DNA of 53,606 nucleotides from Priapulus caudatus (Eukaryota). Under the pieces are notes generated by a model that searched no databases, had not been told where the DNA came from, and was given only the letters and a program-made list of their open reading frames with translations. The translations under genes and the position numbers were made by a program. Positions 25,090 through 36,556 of this stretch are shown one piece after another; position 1 is the first letter of the stretch, and the number at the start of each line of letters is the position of its first letter. The DNA lies in assembly GCF_000485595.1 (NCBI RefSeq), contig NW_014577063.1:1249590-1303195 (forward strand), in the 5' to 3' direction.

Positions 25090-25260
25090 CGCTAAACCGC
25101 AGCGCATCTTAGCTGCGCATGCGCAGCAACGTTCGCGCTCTCGGCTGGCTTCCGACGGACGGGCGTGCGCTGTGCGCTATCTAGGTGCCTGCCTGCCGCT
25201 AGTGAGCCTGGTGTGGTGTACGGCGGCTGTGGCAGTGGCGTCGGCGCATCTCGCTGGTGA
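25090..25260 (+). promoter_or_regulatory. Putative CpG-rich promoter or 5' region of the globin gene with an NRF1/Ewg-type site
   Basis: Palindrome GCTGCGCATGCGCAGC at 25112-25127 inside a GC/CpG-rich block about 720 bp upstream of the globin ATG. Confidence 0.35.
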
Positions 25261-25842
25261 AGGTCGTACTAATCAAACCGTACTGCGTAAACTGTCGACA
25301 TGCGTGTGTATTGATCCGCTTGTAAACTGTTGATTTTTAAAGCGTTTATCTGATCGGAGTCGATTCGGTGTCGAAGTGAGTCTCTACTGATTTGCATATA
25401 GCCTGTTGAAATGTGAAGCGTCGATGATGTTGGCTATGTAAATTGTTAGATTGTACGATTCAAGAATAAGCTGTTAGAGTCGATAGCGTCTCCTTCGCTG
25501 GAGATCGTCAAGTGTGTACGTGTGTGTTCGCGTGTACGCGGACGGCGCTAAAATTCGAACAGTGAAAGCATTGGAGATTAAGCAGACCATCGGGAAAACA
25601 AAAACTCACGTGCATTCTCACGTACTACGCAATATGTGGCGCAACTTGCAGCCTCCTCTGACATTGAAAAGGTGAACTCAGCTCACGTGATTCATAGAGA
25701 GCTGCCGGCAAATATTCTATCGGTGTATTTTACGCGTGCTCGAAAAAGTTACGCGTAGTTAGATTGAGAGTAGAGATCGCGCAAGGCCACGCACAGGACG
25801 GCTTCTAATTTAAGTTGAGTATTCGGAGATCGAACCAGCAAC

Positions 25843-26261
25843 ATGGGTTGCAATCAGTGCAAACCTTGCAGCAGAGGGTCCGCTAAAAAAGCACCGATCG
25901 TGTTCGGAAATGGACACACGTTCAGCGAGAAAGAAAAACGACGCTTCTTCAAGCACAACCGGACGACGGCCAACGGCATCGCGACCATCGACGCGACGCA
26001 CTACAACAACATGGCGTCGGGAAGCGCGTTGGCCGACGGCACGCCCGACGACGACCACGAGCGGAAGGAGAGCACATCGGTGAAGTCGCTCGGGTCGTTC
26101 TCGGCCGGCAGCGAGTCGGTGACGGCGGCGCAGACGTTGCATTTGTTCTCCGATGTGAAGATACTTCCGGAGATGAGCGGCGAGGAGAAGGCGGTGCTGC
26201 TGAACACGTGGAAGATCATCAGGGAGAACGTCGCGCGCGTTGGCGTCATCGCCTTCATGGG
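25843..26261 (+). CDS. GbX: Coding exon 1 of a globin X-like, N-acylated (membrane-associated) globin
   Basis: Good Kozak context (CAACATGG) and MGCNQCKPC acylation motif. A/B helices MSGEEKAVLLNTWKIIRENVARVGVIAFMG resemble globin X. The phase-2 donor GG|GTGAGT lies at the conserved B12.2 position. Confidence 0.85.
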
Positions 26262-26282
26262 GTGAGTATAGTCGCTGCTCAG

Positions 26283-26671
26283 CGTGCGTGCGTGTCTGTG
26301 TGCGTACGTACGTACGTGCGTGCTTGCGTGCGTGTCAGCGTGCGTGCGTGCGTGCGTACAAGCGTGCGTGCGTGCGTGTGTGCGTACGTACGTACGTGCG
26401 TGCTTGCGTGCGTGTCAGCTTACGTGCGTGCGTGCGTACGTGCTTGTGTGCGTAAGACGTGCGTGCGTACGTGCGTACGTGCATGCGGGCGTGCGTACGT
26501 ACGTGCGTACGTGGTAACGTGCGTGCGTGCGCGTACGTGCGTGCGTGCGTGTGTGTGATAATACGTGCGTGAGCGCGTGCGTGCGTGCATGCGTACGTAC
26601 GTGCGTGCCTACGTGCCTGTGTGGGTGCGTGGTAGCGTGCGCGCGTGAATGCGTGCTTGCGTGCGCGTACG

Positions 26672-26719
<48 letters not shown>

Positions 26720-26720
26720 A
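26283..26720. repeat. (CGTG)n/(CGTA)n microsatellite at the start of globin intron 1
   Basis: Visible alternating purine-pyrimidine tetramer array. Confidence 0.95.
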
Positions 26721-26991
26721 TTGCTCAATTCACGTTTCAAGGACCCCAGCTCACATTTTCGTAAAATGTGCAGAAACTAGCCCGAGTGCTAAACTAGAAT
26801 TGGGCCCCGTATGATTAGTACAACCAGGAATTAATAATGACAATGAGGAATGAATAATGCAATTTGTCATTATTCACCCCTGGTACAACTGCTACGTCGC
26901 GTGTGCGTCGTGTACTGTGACCTAATACCGAAATACAAGCACGTAAGCGCAATGCCGCCGTCGTCGTGTGTGTGTCCGTCGATTTTCATTA

Positions 26992-27323
26992 GGCTAAACA
27001 AAAAAATAAGTGTGTTTCCGGTCGACCGACCGTCCCTAGATTATTAGGGCCGACCCTAAACTTTTTTTCAAAAAAAAAAATAAATATTAATTTTTTTTTT
27101 AAATTTGAAATCTGACAGACAAACCTTGAGATTTTTTACTACAAACACGTTCTGTACTTGCTTACTAACTTATCCCTACCTATACACCACTTTATAGCAT
27201 GCATCAGAGGGATATTAGGAACCGAAGAATAAAAAAAAAAATATATATAAAAAAAATCCCTACCTACCTACCCTACTTTTGTTTTCGATGCAATAGGAAA
27301 CACACCTATTTTTTTGTTTGGCC
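26992..27323. mobile_element. Zator-like (or PIF-like) non-autonomous DNA transposon
   Basis: TIRs GGCTAAACAAAAAAATAAGTGTGTTTCC / GGAAACACACCTATTTTTTTGTTTGGCC, TTA TSD on both sides, and subterminal CGACCGACC and CCTACCTACC motifs. Confidence 0.75.
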
Positions 27324-28169
27324 TTATCACTACATACGGTGGGGATGAATAAACGAGGTTGCGTACGTGCTGCTGCTGCTGCTGCTGGAGAAAATGCCGT
27401 CGGAGTTTTTGACATGCACCGCGCGCGTTTGCACTGTGAGCACAGCATCGCCATTGACTCTTAATGAGCGAAGCATTGATTCTCTGGGATTGAACAGAAT
27501 TCAGGTTAACGTCGTTAACCGTTTTCTAACAACGCAAATCCGCGCCTTTTAGCTGAAATATAATATCATCGGCGCATCAACAATGTATGGTCATATTTAA
27601 ATAGCCAATTACGTGGCTAATTAAAACTCAAGGTAGGGTATCATTAGCTTTAGAAGTTTTCGAAAAAAATGTATTTCAAATTTCATTGCTGCGTTTTTCA
27701 GATTTTCTCTTGCTTTTACTACAGCCATCAACGCTCGTAGAATGCGTGCGAAAGCGAAATATAAATTCAAAGCAATTGACTATTGTCTATCGTACATCTT
27801 CGTAAAAGCATTTTTGATATATATATATGGCAGTTTCCGTAAGTACGAGCCAAATCGTACGTATACGAGCTAAAAAAAATCCCGGCTTAATCATAAACAG
27901 TGTAGGACCTGTCTCTGTTTACTGTCGAGGCAATTTGGGCGTGACTACAATTTGTTTTAATGGTGGCCGTCGTCATCGGCGTTTGATTCTGTCTGTCAGT
28001 GCGCGGCAATTAATCTACTGATCAAAATATCAATGAGCTTTTTTGCAAGAATCGGCACCGGCGCGGAAGATAACCAGCGCAGGAAATTGAAACATAAGGG
28101 AAAAAATGACAGCGAGAACGAGAGATTTAGCTAGCGTGAACGAATTTAATATGAGCGTGCAGGGAAAAA

Positions 28170-28800
28170 GCGATAAATTAGCGTTTAAAATTAAGCGTAC
28201 AAGTTTTAACCCTGAGAATATTCGTACGTATTTGGGAAGGAAAATGAATTCTTTCGCGTATACACGTGCTCGACGTCGATGCACATTCCGAGATCTTCTT
28301 CATTCGTGCGACATGCAGTAACGTAATAAGGTCTCGTATAAGGTATACGAGAGATTTAGCGTGCACGATTTAATGGTTTTAAAATATGAGAATATTCGTA
28401 CGTATTTGGAACGAAAGGAATTCTTGCATATACAAGTACCCTCGTGCGTCGATGCATACTTCAAACTGACATATCTTCTTCATTCGGGCGAAGTAACGTA
28501 AGGTGTACGAAAGATTTAGCGTGCACGATATATGAGAATATCGTACGTCTTTGGAACGAAAGGAATTCCTGCGTTTGCTTTCGTGCGTCGATGCATATAC
28601 TCCAAGCGGACGTATCTTCTTCATTCGTGCGAAGTAACGTTATATGTACGAGAATTAGTGTGTACGATTTAATGGCTTAAATATGAGAATATTCGTACGT
28701 CTATGGAACGAAAGGAATTCTTGCGCGTATACACGTACCCCTCGTACGTCGATGCATACTCCTAGCTGACATATCTTCTTCATGTGTGCTAAGTAAAATA
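28170..28800. repeat. Tandem array of about 4 copies of a 145-175-bp unit
   Basis: GAGAATATTCGTACGT...GAATTC...CGTCGATGCA...TCTTCTTCATTCG recurs at about 28214, 28388, 28534 and 28685. Confidence 0.85.
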
Positions 28801-29148
28801 AGGTTTTAGCCGCGAGCGTCGAGCCTACACATCCATACGATATAAGCTATGTTTATATAAACACCTAGCGCCTGCCGATCGCTGATTCACTAGCAAAAAC
28901 CGTAGTCTAAATAGCGCGAGCTGTCAGGGAACGTCGATGCCTCGAGGATCTCAATTCCACATTACGATGTCGGTTGCTAGATACGTACGAAATAGTTACT
29001 GGGTCTTGTGAAACGCATGACTTTCAGAGCGTGTATATTCCACGTATACGTCCAGTAGGTGTAAATGATAAAGAGATCGCATGCCTTACGGAGCGTGTAT
29101 ATTGCACGTATACCTCCAGTAGGCAGTGAGTCAATCGTGACATGTTAT

Positions 29149-29230
29149 AAAAAAGTTAAAAGTTAAATCCTTCCCGCGCCTATGAGGCGCATACGGCGGT
29201 GCCTATCTCCGTTTCCGTAACCCTGAGGCT
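29149..29230 (-). mobile_element. Truncated SINE/retroelement 3' end
   Basis: An (AAAGTT) tail followed by CCTTCCCG...GGCGGTGCCTATCTCCGTTTCC...CCCT resembles the reverse-strand 3' ends of invertebrate SINEs. Short, and recalled from memory. Confidence 0.4.
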
Positions 29231-29415
29231 CCGCAGCTGCCTTCACAGTAAATGCTAGTACGCTGAAGGGGTCGTTGTCGTATCAGGTACTACAGATATG
29301 TTCTCGAGGTACGATGTACACAAGTGTACCAGACCTGCATCTTGTACCCAGATATGTACCCTGTGTTTACATAAACGTACCTGCCCCTGAGATGGAGATC
29401 GAATGAAGACGGTCA

Positions 29416-29521
29416 TGGAGGAGGAGTAGGGGGCAGGAGGAGGAGGAGAAGGGGAGAAGGTGATGAAGTAGGGGGAGGAGGAGGAGGGGAGAAGGTGATG
29501 GAATAGGGGGAGGAGGAGGGG
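29416..29521. repeat. (GGA)n-rich purine tract
   Basis: Visible. Confidence 0.85.
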
Positions 29522-29635
29522 CACTCGCCTCGGAACTGGGTAGGGGGTGGCTCGGGGACCTTGAAAACCGGACCCTGACGTAAACCGCTTTGCGCCCTAA
29601 TATACACCCTGTCCCGATATACTGCACTAAAAAGT

Positions 29636-29746
29636 ATACCCTGTTGCAATATTGGCTTCCCTATATTGGTCCAATATTGGCCTGGTGATATTGGCCCCAT
29701 ATTGTTTTGCCAATATTGGACCAATATCAGCTTGCTTGTTGGGTAT
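29636..29746. mobile_element. Small MITE-like fragment with repeated CCAATATTGG palindromes
   Basis: ATACCC...GGGTAT ends with several AATATTGG/CCAATATT motifs. Confidence 0.5.
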
Positions 29747-30235
29747 CTAGATAACGCTGTGCCAATAATGATGTTCAGAAAATATACCCTGTCCAGCGGC
29801 ACGTCCCCTGTACCTTTAACAATGGTGCCCCCCTCCGGGCCGACGAGTCGTTGCTCGCTACAATAGCTACATTACCTGCTACGTAAACATGCAGGCCACG
29901 GAAGTGTATGAAAGACGCACACGAACTGCGAGCAATCAGTTCGCTAATTATAATAAGCACTGCTGATGATGTTATTCATGTTGGTAAATCGTGTAGCAAC
30001 TAGCTATTTATCGTATAAGTATGAACGTGTGCGCATGTATTGCGTATGTATACCTACGTATATATATACGTGCCACGCAATAAAATATATGGTGATGGCG
30101 GTTGGTGGTTGTCAGTGTAAGGTAAGGTTAGGATTAGCTCGACCATGCTCTACGACTGTTTTACGTCGTAGGAAACGACTTCTCGCCACGTAGTGAGAAG
30201 CGAGAAGGTAACTTGTAGCTAGGTGAGGATTAGAG

Positions 30236-30310
30236 TAGCTCTACCGGTGTAGCCCTTTGCTACGGTACAGGCCCTGTAGCGGGAGAGAGGTGGCTACACC
30301 GGTAGAGCTA
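30236..30310. repeat. Hairpin with perfect 19-bp arms
   Basis: TAGCTCTACCGGTGTAGCC ... GGCTACACCGGTAGAGCTA. Confidence 0.8.
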
Positions 30311-32181
30311 GAATTAGCGCTATAATTGTGTAATAATGTAATCATAACAGCAATAGCTAAACTACTTGACCTATAATGCTATTCCTAAGTCAACTCTAAC
30401 ACTATCCTAATTTAATCCCCAGTCGCGATCTCACGCCCTATCCGCTTAAGCACCAATCTATTCGGCTCCTGGGGCAACATACTGAAGAGGATTTCAGTGT
30501 GATAAATTGACACTAATTACTACAGGCTTTTAGCAGCAAGCTCATATATACACACAGTGAAACGGCGAGGTATACGTTCTTACATGAAAATCTGTGATCG
30601 GATTAATTGTGCGAAAACTGTTATATATTTAATGTGGCTCGTGTCGTATCGTGTACAGGTTCGTACTTTTGGCGCGTGTAAGAAATTACCATTAGATAGC
30701 GTGACTTAATAGAGAGAACATAGATAACGTATGACAGAAACAAGATGTAAACGTACAACAACTAGTTCTATTAATCCTTTACCAAGTAATCTACATATGT
30801 TATAATCCATCTAGGGGCATGTCACGTACAATTTCGTCGCCTTAACTAAACGATGAACACAGCACAACACACACTATAGTAGTGAATCGTCTCCAAGTAG
30901 TTTACACAGTCTCAAAGTAGTTTAACACACAAGTACACAGCAAGCAAACAAGTTAATGCTATAGTCACAACCAAAGCTATAGTCACAATCTAGCGTAGTC
31001 GACTCTGACTCGCTGTTCTAAAACGTTCCTTTTTATTCTGTTTTTCACTCTAATTAAGCTGGCTATACTACGTGACCTAAGTATGTCACGCGTTGGTCAG
31101 ATCGTCCACTTTCTTTAACTTTCGAGAGGGAGGGGGCGAGACCACTGTTCTACTTGCGTGCGCTGCCTTGGCATTAATAGTACCGCAAGAGTGATTTATC
31201 AACTCGAGACCAGTTCTGTCACAGAATCTGCCTGTGTGATTTTGCATAAGTGAAAGTGGCGGAATTCGCTTCATTACAAATACATCGGTAAACAACTTCC
31301 ACTACCAGCAGCTGGCGAGTATATGTAAGTTGCACTTGCACTGTGTTGCTCCTGCGATAATCGATCGTTTCAAAGTTCAGCATATATACACGACATTACA
31401 TCGCGCGATCACGACAGCTGCCTGGTGCGTTAGTCAAAGCTGTCCCGATAAATCACATGAGATTCAGATTGACTGCCGCATAGATTTCAATAACTAACTA
31501 CCTCCCGCGCGCGCCCTCAGCCCATTAAACCAATGGTCGTCATCGTCAGAGCATCTTGAGCAATCAGTATCTATACATAGTCATCACGAGAAGTAGGTGG
31601 CTTTCCGCGCATGCATGCCTCGTCAGTTGTTGCTCGATAAACATTACTACTTGATTTACAGTGAATCGTCTCTCCCTCCTCCCCGGTCAAGTTGTTTGTT
31701 TTTTTGTCTTCTCCAATAAAAATGCATGCAGCAGCCTATATCGGCGCACTCAAAAGCATGCATTTTCACCGGTTACCGACTGACTGGAGCGAAACCGCGT
31801 GTAACATGGATCGTTAATCGGCAAAAAATATATCTAACATCCTCCGCGCATGTATGTTGGCAAAAAATTTCTTCTACTTCGTTTCGGTGAAGTGATTTTT
31901 GAAATTTGACGGAACTGATGCACCGGGTGCATTTCGTTTATTAAATAGTTTATTGATCAATTTTAAATATTTAGTTAAACGAAAGGAAATGCCATTAATT
32001 TTGTGTATGAAAAGTGGTAAAATCTAATTATAGTCGCTATATCTATTGCATGAGGAATTTCCCACCACGTCGATTGCACAGAAAATTTGATTAAACACTC
32101 CGCCTTCTACTAGACATCGCCCATATTTTTCTCGTCTAATCTCACTCGATCGCATATTTTCTTACCTTATTCTATATATAT

Positions 32182-32283
32182 CAAGAGCTAATAATACCTA
32201 TAAAGGTAAGAATAAGAGGTATTATAAGAGGTAAAAATAGAGAGGTTATAAGAGGTAAAAATAAGAGGTATTATTAGCTCTTG
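32182..32283. mobile_element. Micro-MITE inserted in (AT)n
   Basis: TIRs CAAGAGCTAATAATACCT / AGGTATTATTAGCTCTTG, internal ATAAGAGGT repeats, and ATATATAT on both sides. Confidence 0.7.
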
Positions 32284-33445
32284 ATATATATGTATATCTA
32301 GCGTAATTTTGTTATAATAACGGGACTCGTTGTCATTTTGATTAAAATTTGAGATTCGATCAATGTATGCTGATTCGTGACGTGAAGAACGGTGGTAGTA
32401 TCTGGCAGATGACAGAAGCCATGTGATCTCACAATCACTGTCAATTTTTTGTTCTTTCGAATCGTATTTTTTCATAATCTAATGCCCGTTACGTCACGTA
32501 TGTAAATACGCGGATTTCCTCGCGGTATTTTTCTTTCATCTACGGCGTGTTGCTTCATTCACGATGCTCCCTCGTGCCATGTGCTCTGTGCTATGCCCAT
32601 CAGAAAGACAAGAACTATGCCACGATTCGAGACTACAAATCGCCGTTACGGTAGTTGCTTTGCTACTTAACTATAGTCATTGATTCATTCATTCAGCTCG
32701 CGAGAAGAGGCAAAAACAGCAGTTCGAATGTAGTTCACCAAGTTTCCGTTCGTGACTTAAACGTGGAAATTAATACGTCAAGTTCGAGTGTAACGCGAAA
32801 CGTGTGTGTAAACATTCCACTTCCACTCCCTAATGATTGGAACTACTTAGTCGCTTCGTCTTAGCGCCCGTTGTCGGAAGATGAAAGAGCTTCGCGACGC
32901 GAGTGAATTCGATGTGAATTTGTGTGTTCGCCTGCAGACGAATTGACCGTCGATGAAATGAACAACGGGCTGATTCTCAAGTGCGCTGTCTTCCGCGAGT
33001 ACTCGAGGCGAAGCTGCGTTGAGAGGCAGGCTGGTGCTGGGTCGATTGCAGGTCTCGTATCAGGTCTATACAAACCCGCATGCCTTTATTACAGAGCAGA
33101 ATGAAGCTTAAAGCTTTGGCTGGCGTACATGGTGCTAAAACGCGTGCAATTACGTCGTAATTCACATCGATCACTTGTGCTGGTGGCCCGTGAAAGAATC
33201 ATGAAACAAAATGATCGTGATCGTTTGAGATGGGTTGCAGAAAACTGAACGCTCTTGGCTGTTCTAAAACAGAAATTTAATTTAAGACGCGTGTGCCGGT
33301 AGATTAACTAGGATCGGGGCCACCACGCCGTTGTTGCTCTAGATACATTTGTAGCGTGTGACGGTACAGCATGCAATGTCTTTTTTTTCAATTTATTATC
33401 AAAATCAATCTCTTATGTAAAATTCTCTTCAAAACTCAATCAAAT

Positions 33446-35701
33446 GTAAATTTGGTATTTTCGGTCTTGAGTATGTAACGACGATGTGTCCTAGGTCAGT
33501 TTATTATTTCAATAAACTAATATATGCAAAATAAAATGCCGGGAAACATTCGATTTTCGTCTTGATCTATAGGGGATGTATACATGCTACACACGCATAC
33601 TTCCTGTAAGTCCGAGAACAATATATATATGCTCTCCTCGTCATCTCTCCTCCTCTCTCTCTCCTGTACCTCTCCTACAAAACAGTTGGGAAAGCGCCAC
33701 GACGCTGTTCGTAAAGATTGCCTTGGCGATCTCTATCTTCTTTAATTGGCGCGTGCGTGGATTTGCTGCAACGCAACATCTTGTGTTAATTGCACTACCG
33801 TCGATTCGGGCAAAGCATCTTCATTGTTAATGCATGCGTCGCGGCCATCCCGGCAGTTTCTCTGCGACGCTTCTTCAAGTGTTTTATTGTTCCGAACGCA
33901 ATTAAACAATCGATTTACTAAAGCCGAATCCGCCGAAGCCGACAAAGCCCCGAGAATTCGTGAGAACAGATTTTCGGAAAGAGAATATGCGAGATCGCTC
34001 GTCTAACGGACACGATGTCTAGACACCCGCTTATGGCAAGCAACGCCTCGACGCAAATTACCATCTTATTGTTACCTGACGCTTTCTAATCTGCCCACCA
34101 CGGGGTCTCATCTCATCGCTTATCGGCTATCAGATCCCTACCTCGTACCCTCTCTCTGCTCATCTCTCTCCTCTCTCTCATCTCTCTCTCTCTTAATCTT
34201 ATCTACTCTCTATCCTGTCATCTCTCTTTCTTACATTCCGTCTCTCTCGCTCTCTCTTTCTCTCTATCCTCTCCATCTCTATTTATCATTCTTATTTTTT
34301 TATACTCTTGCCTCTTTCCTCAATTGTAAATTGGTAGTAGGTATTGAGATACCACACCTATCTAGAATACCCCCACCCTTTTAGTTACTAACACATCTAC
34401 GCAGTCTATGTAGCTAGGTGTTTAATGTCTAGACACACTTAAGAGAGCCTATTAACATCGGCTGCGCATGATACCATGTAATTTCTCATGTGATATTAGC
34501 ACCCTACTTATTCGTTTCTTGAGCGCAGCCCATTGACATATTTACTCGCGTATGTTCTAAGAGTAATCTATTAATACGCAGCCGTCGCATTGGCTTTCTT
34601 TCAAATCCGGCTATATCACTTGCACAGGCCCAGTCTAGTGCGTGCTTTGGCATAAATTCTAAAGCCTATTAAAGTCAACGCAATTCTATGCTATAAATTA
34701 CTTAAGAAATCTTTATGAATTCATATTCGTTCTATTAAAGTATTCAACAAGATCCTAAAATACAAATTCTGCCAATTTGTCTCATTGTCCCTAAAATTGT
34801 CAAGTATTTATTTACATGTCAAGCATGTTAACATGTTTCGAAAATAACGCCAAAATATGTAGTATGATACAGTCATTTTTTGTTGGCAGATAACCTAAGA
34901 ACGGTGGTTATATTCTGACGTAATAAATGGTTTTAATTTTTTGCATAATGGAGATTAAACGTTATTTTGCAAGTACCAGGTGGGGGCACTTTTAAATCAC
35001 GTTTAACATAATCCGATATTATGATTAATGCCTGCATAACACAGTCATGATTATTAAAGCGGCGCAGTATAACACCGAGCTGGTTATTTACTATTCAGCT
35101 CGATATACTGTCAGATTCAATCCCATAAAAAAGCACGAGTGTCTGTCCGTCCGTCTGTTCGTCCGTCTGTCTGTCCGTCCGTCCGTCTCTCTGTCCGTCC
35201 GTCTGTCCATCCGCCCATCAAAAACACGAGTATTAATCTAAACTACTCGACGTATGGTATTGAACGTTATGAATGTGGAAGAAACAAGTCGAAAATTGGG
35301 AGGTCGAATCTAGGTTCAAAGGTCAAAGGTCACGAGACGCGAAAGGAGGGGGATATTTTCGACTTAACTGAAGGTATAGGACCACGTATAGGACCAGGTA
35401 TAGGTAATAACGTAAACGTGGCTTAGCGCATGCTCTTGATATCTGGTAGGAAGTGTGTGGAAGAGTGTGAGAGAAACCTTTGCCTTGACAGAATTGGGGG
35501 CAGCGGCCGCAAGGCAAAGACCAGATGAACAAAAAATGGGTGTTCGACGACAACGGATTTTCGGAAGAAATGGTCCTCGTCTAACGGACCGAGCAGGACG
35601 GTCTAGCAGACCCGGAGTTACCTCTTATTGGTTACCCCTGCTTTCTATCTGCCCACTCTCTATCGCTATCGCTATCTAGATCTACCTCGTACCCTCTCTC
35701 T

Positions 35702-35760
<59 letters not shown>

Positions 35761-36200
35761 CGTTATGAGATGCTGCGAAGAAATCAAGTCGAAAATTGGA
35801 GGTCGAATCTAGGTATCAAAGGTCAAAGGTCACGAGACGCGAAAAGGAGGGGATATTTCGACTTAACTGAAGTATAGGACCACGTATAGACCAGGTATAG
35901 GTAATAACGTAAACGTGGCTTAGCGCATGCTCTTGATATCTGGTAGGAAGTGTGTGGAAGAGTGTGAAGAAACCTTTGCCTGACAGAATTGGGGGCAGCG
36001 GCCGCAAGGCAAAGACAAGATGAACAAAAAACAATGCGTGTTGACGACAACGAGATTTTTCGGAAGAAATGGTCCTGTCTAACCGACCGAGCAGGACGGT
36101 CTAGCAGACCCGGAGTTACCTCTTATTGGTTACCCCTGCTTTCTATCTGCCCACTCTCTATCGCTATCGCTATCTAGATCTACCTCGTACCCTCTCTTCA

Positions 36201-36233
<33 letters not shown>

Positions 36234-36521
36234 CTCTCTCTATCTCTTCATCTCTCTTTCTTCATTTCTCTCTCTCTCTCTCTCTTTCTCTCTATCTCTC
36301 TCCATCTCTTTATCTCTCTCTCTTTATCTCTCTCTCTCTTCTCTTCTCTTGTAAATTTGGTATGTGCGGTCTTGAGTATGTAACGACGATGTGTCCTAGG
36401 TCAGTTTATTATTTTAATAAACTAATATATGCAAAATAAAATGTCGGGAAACATTCGATTTTTGTCTTGATCTATAGGGGATGTATACATGCTACACACG
36501 CATACTTCCTGTAAGTCCGAG

Positions 36522-36556
<35 letters not shown>

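Noticed and set aside
28170..28800. Repeat-spacer-like periodicity
   Set aside because: The whole unit is repeated; an ordinary tandem duplication.
32922..33104. Coding-looking block after CCTGCAG as possible globin exon 2
   Set aside because: No frame gives LFETHP, CD1 Phe or E7 His signatures.
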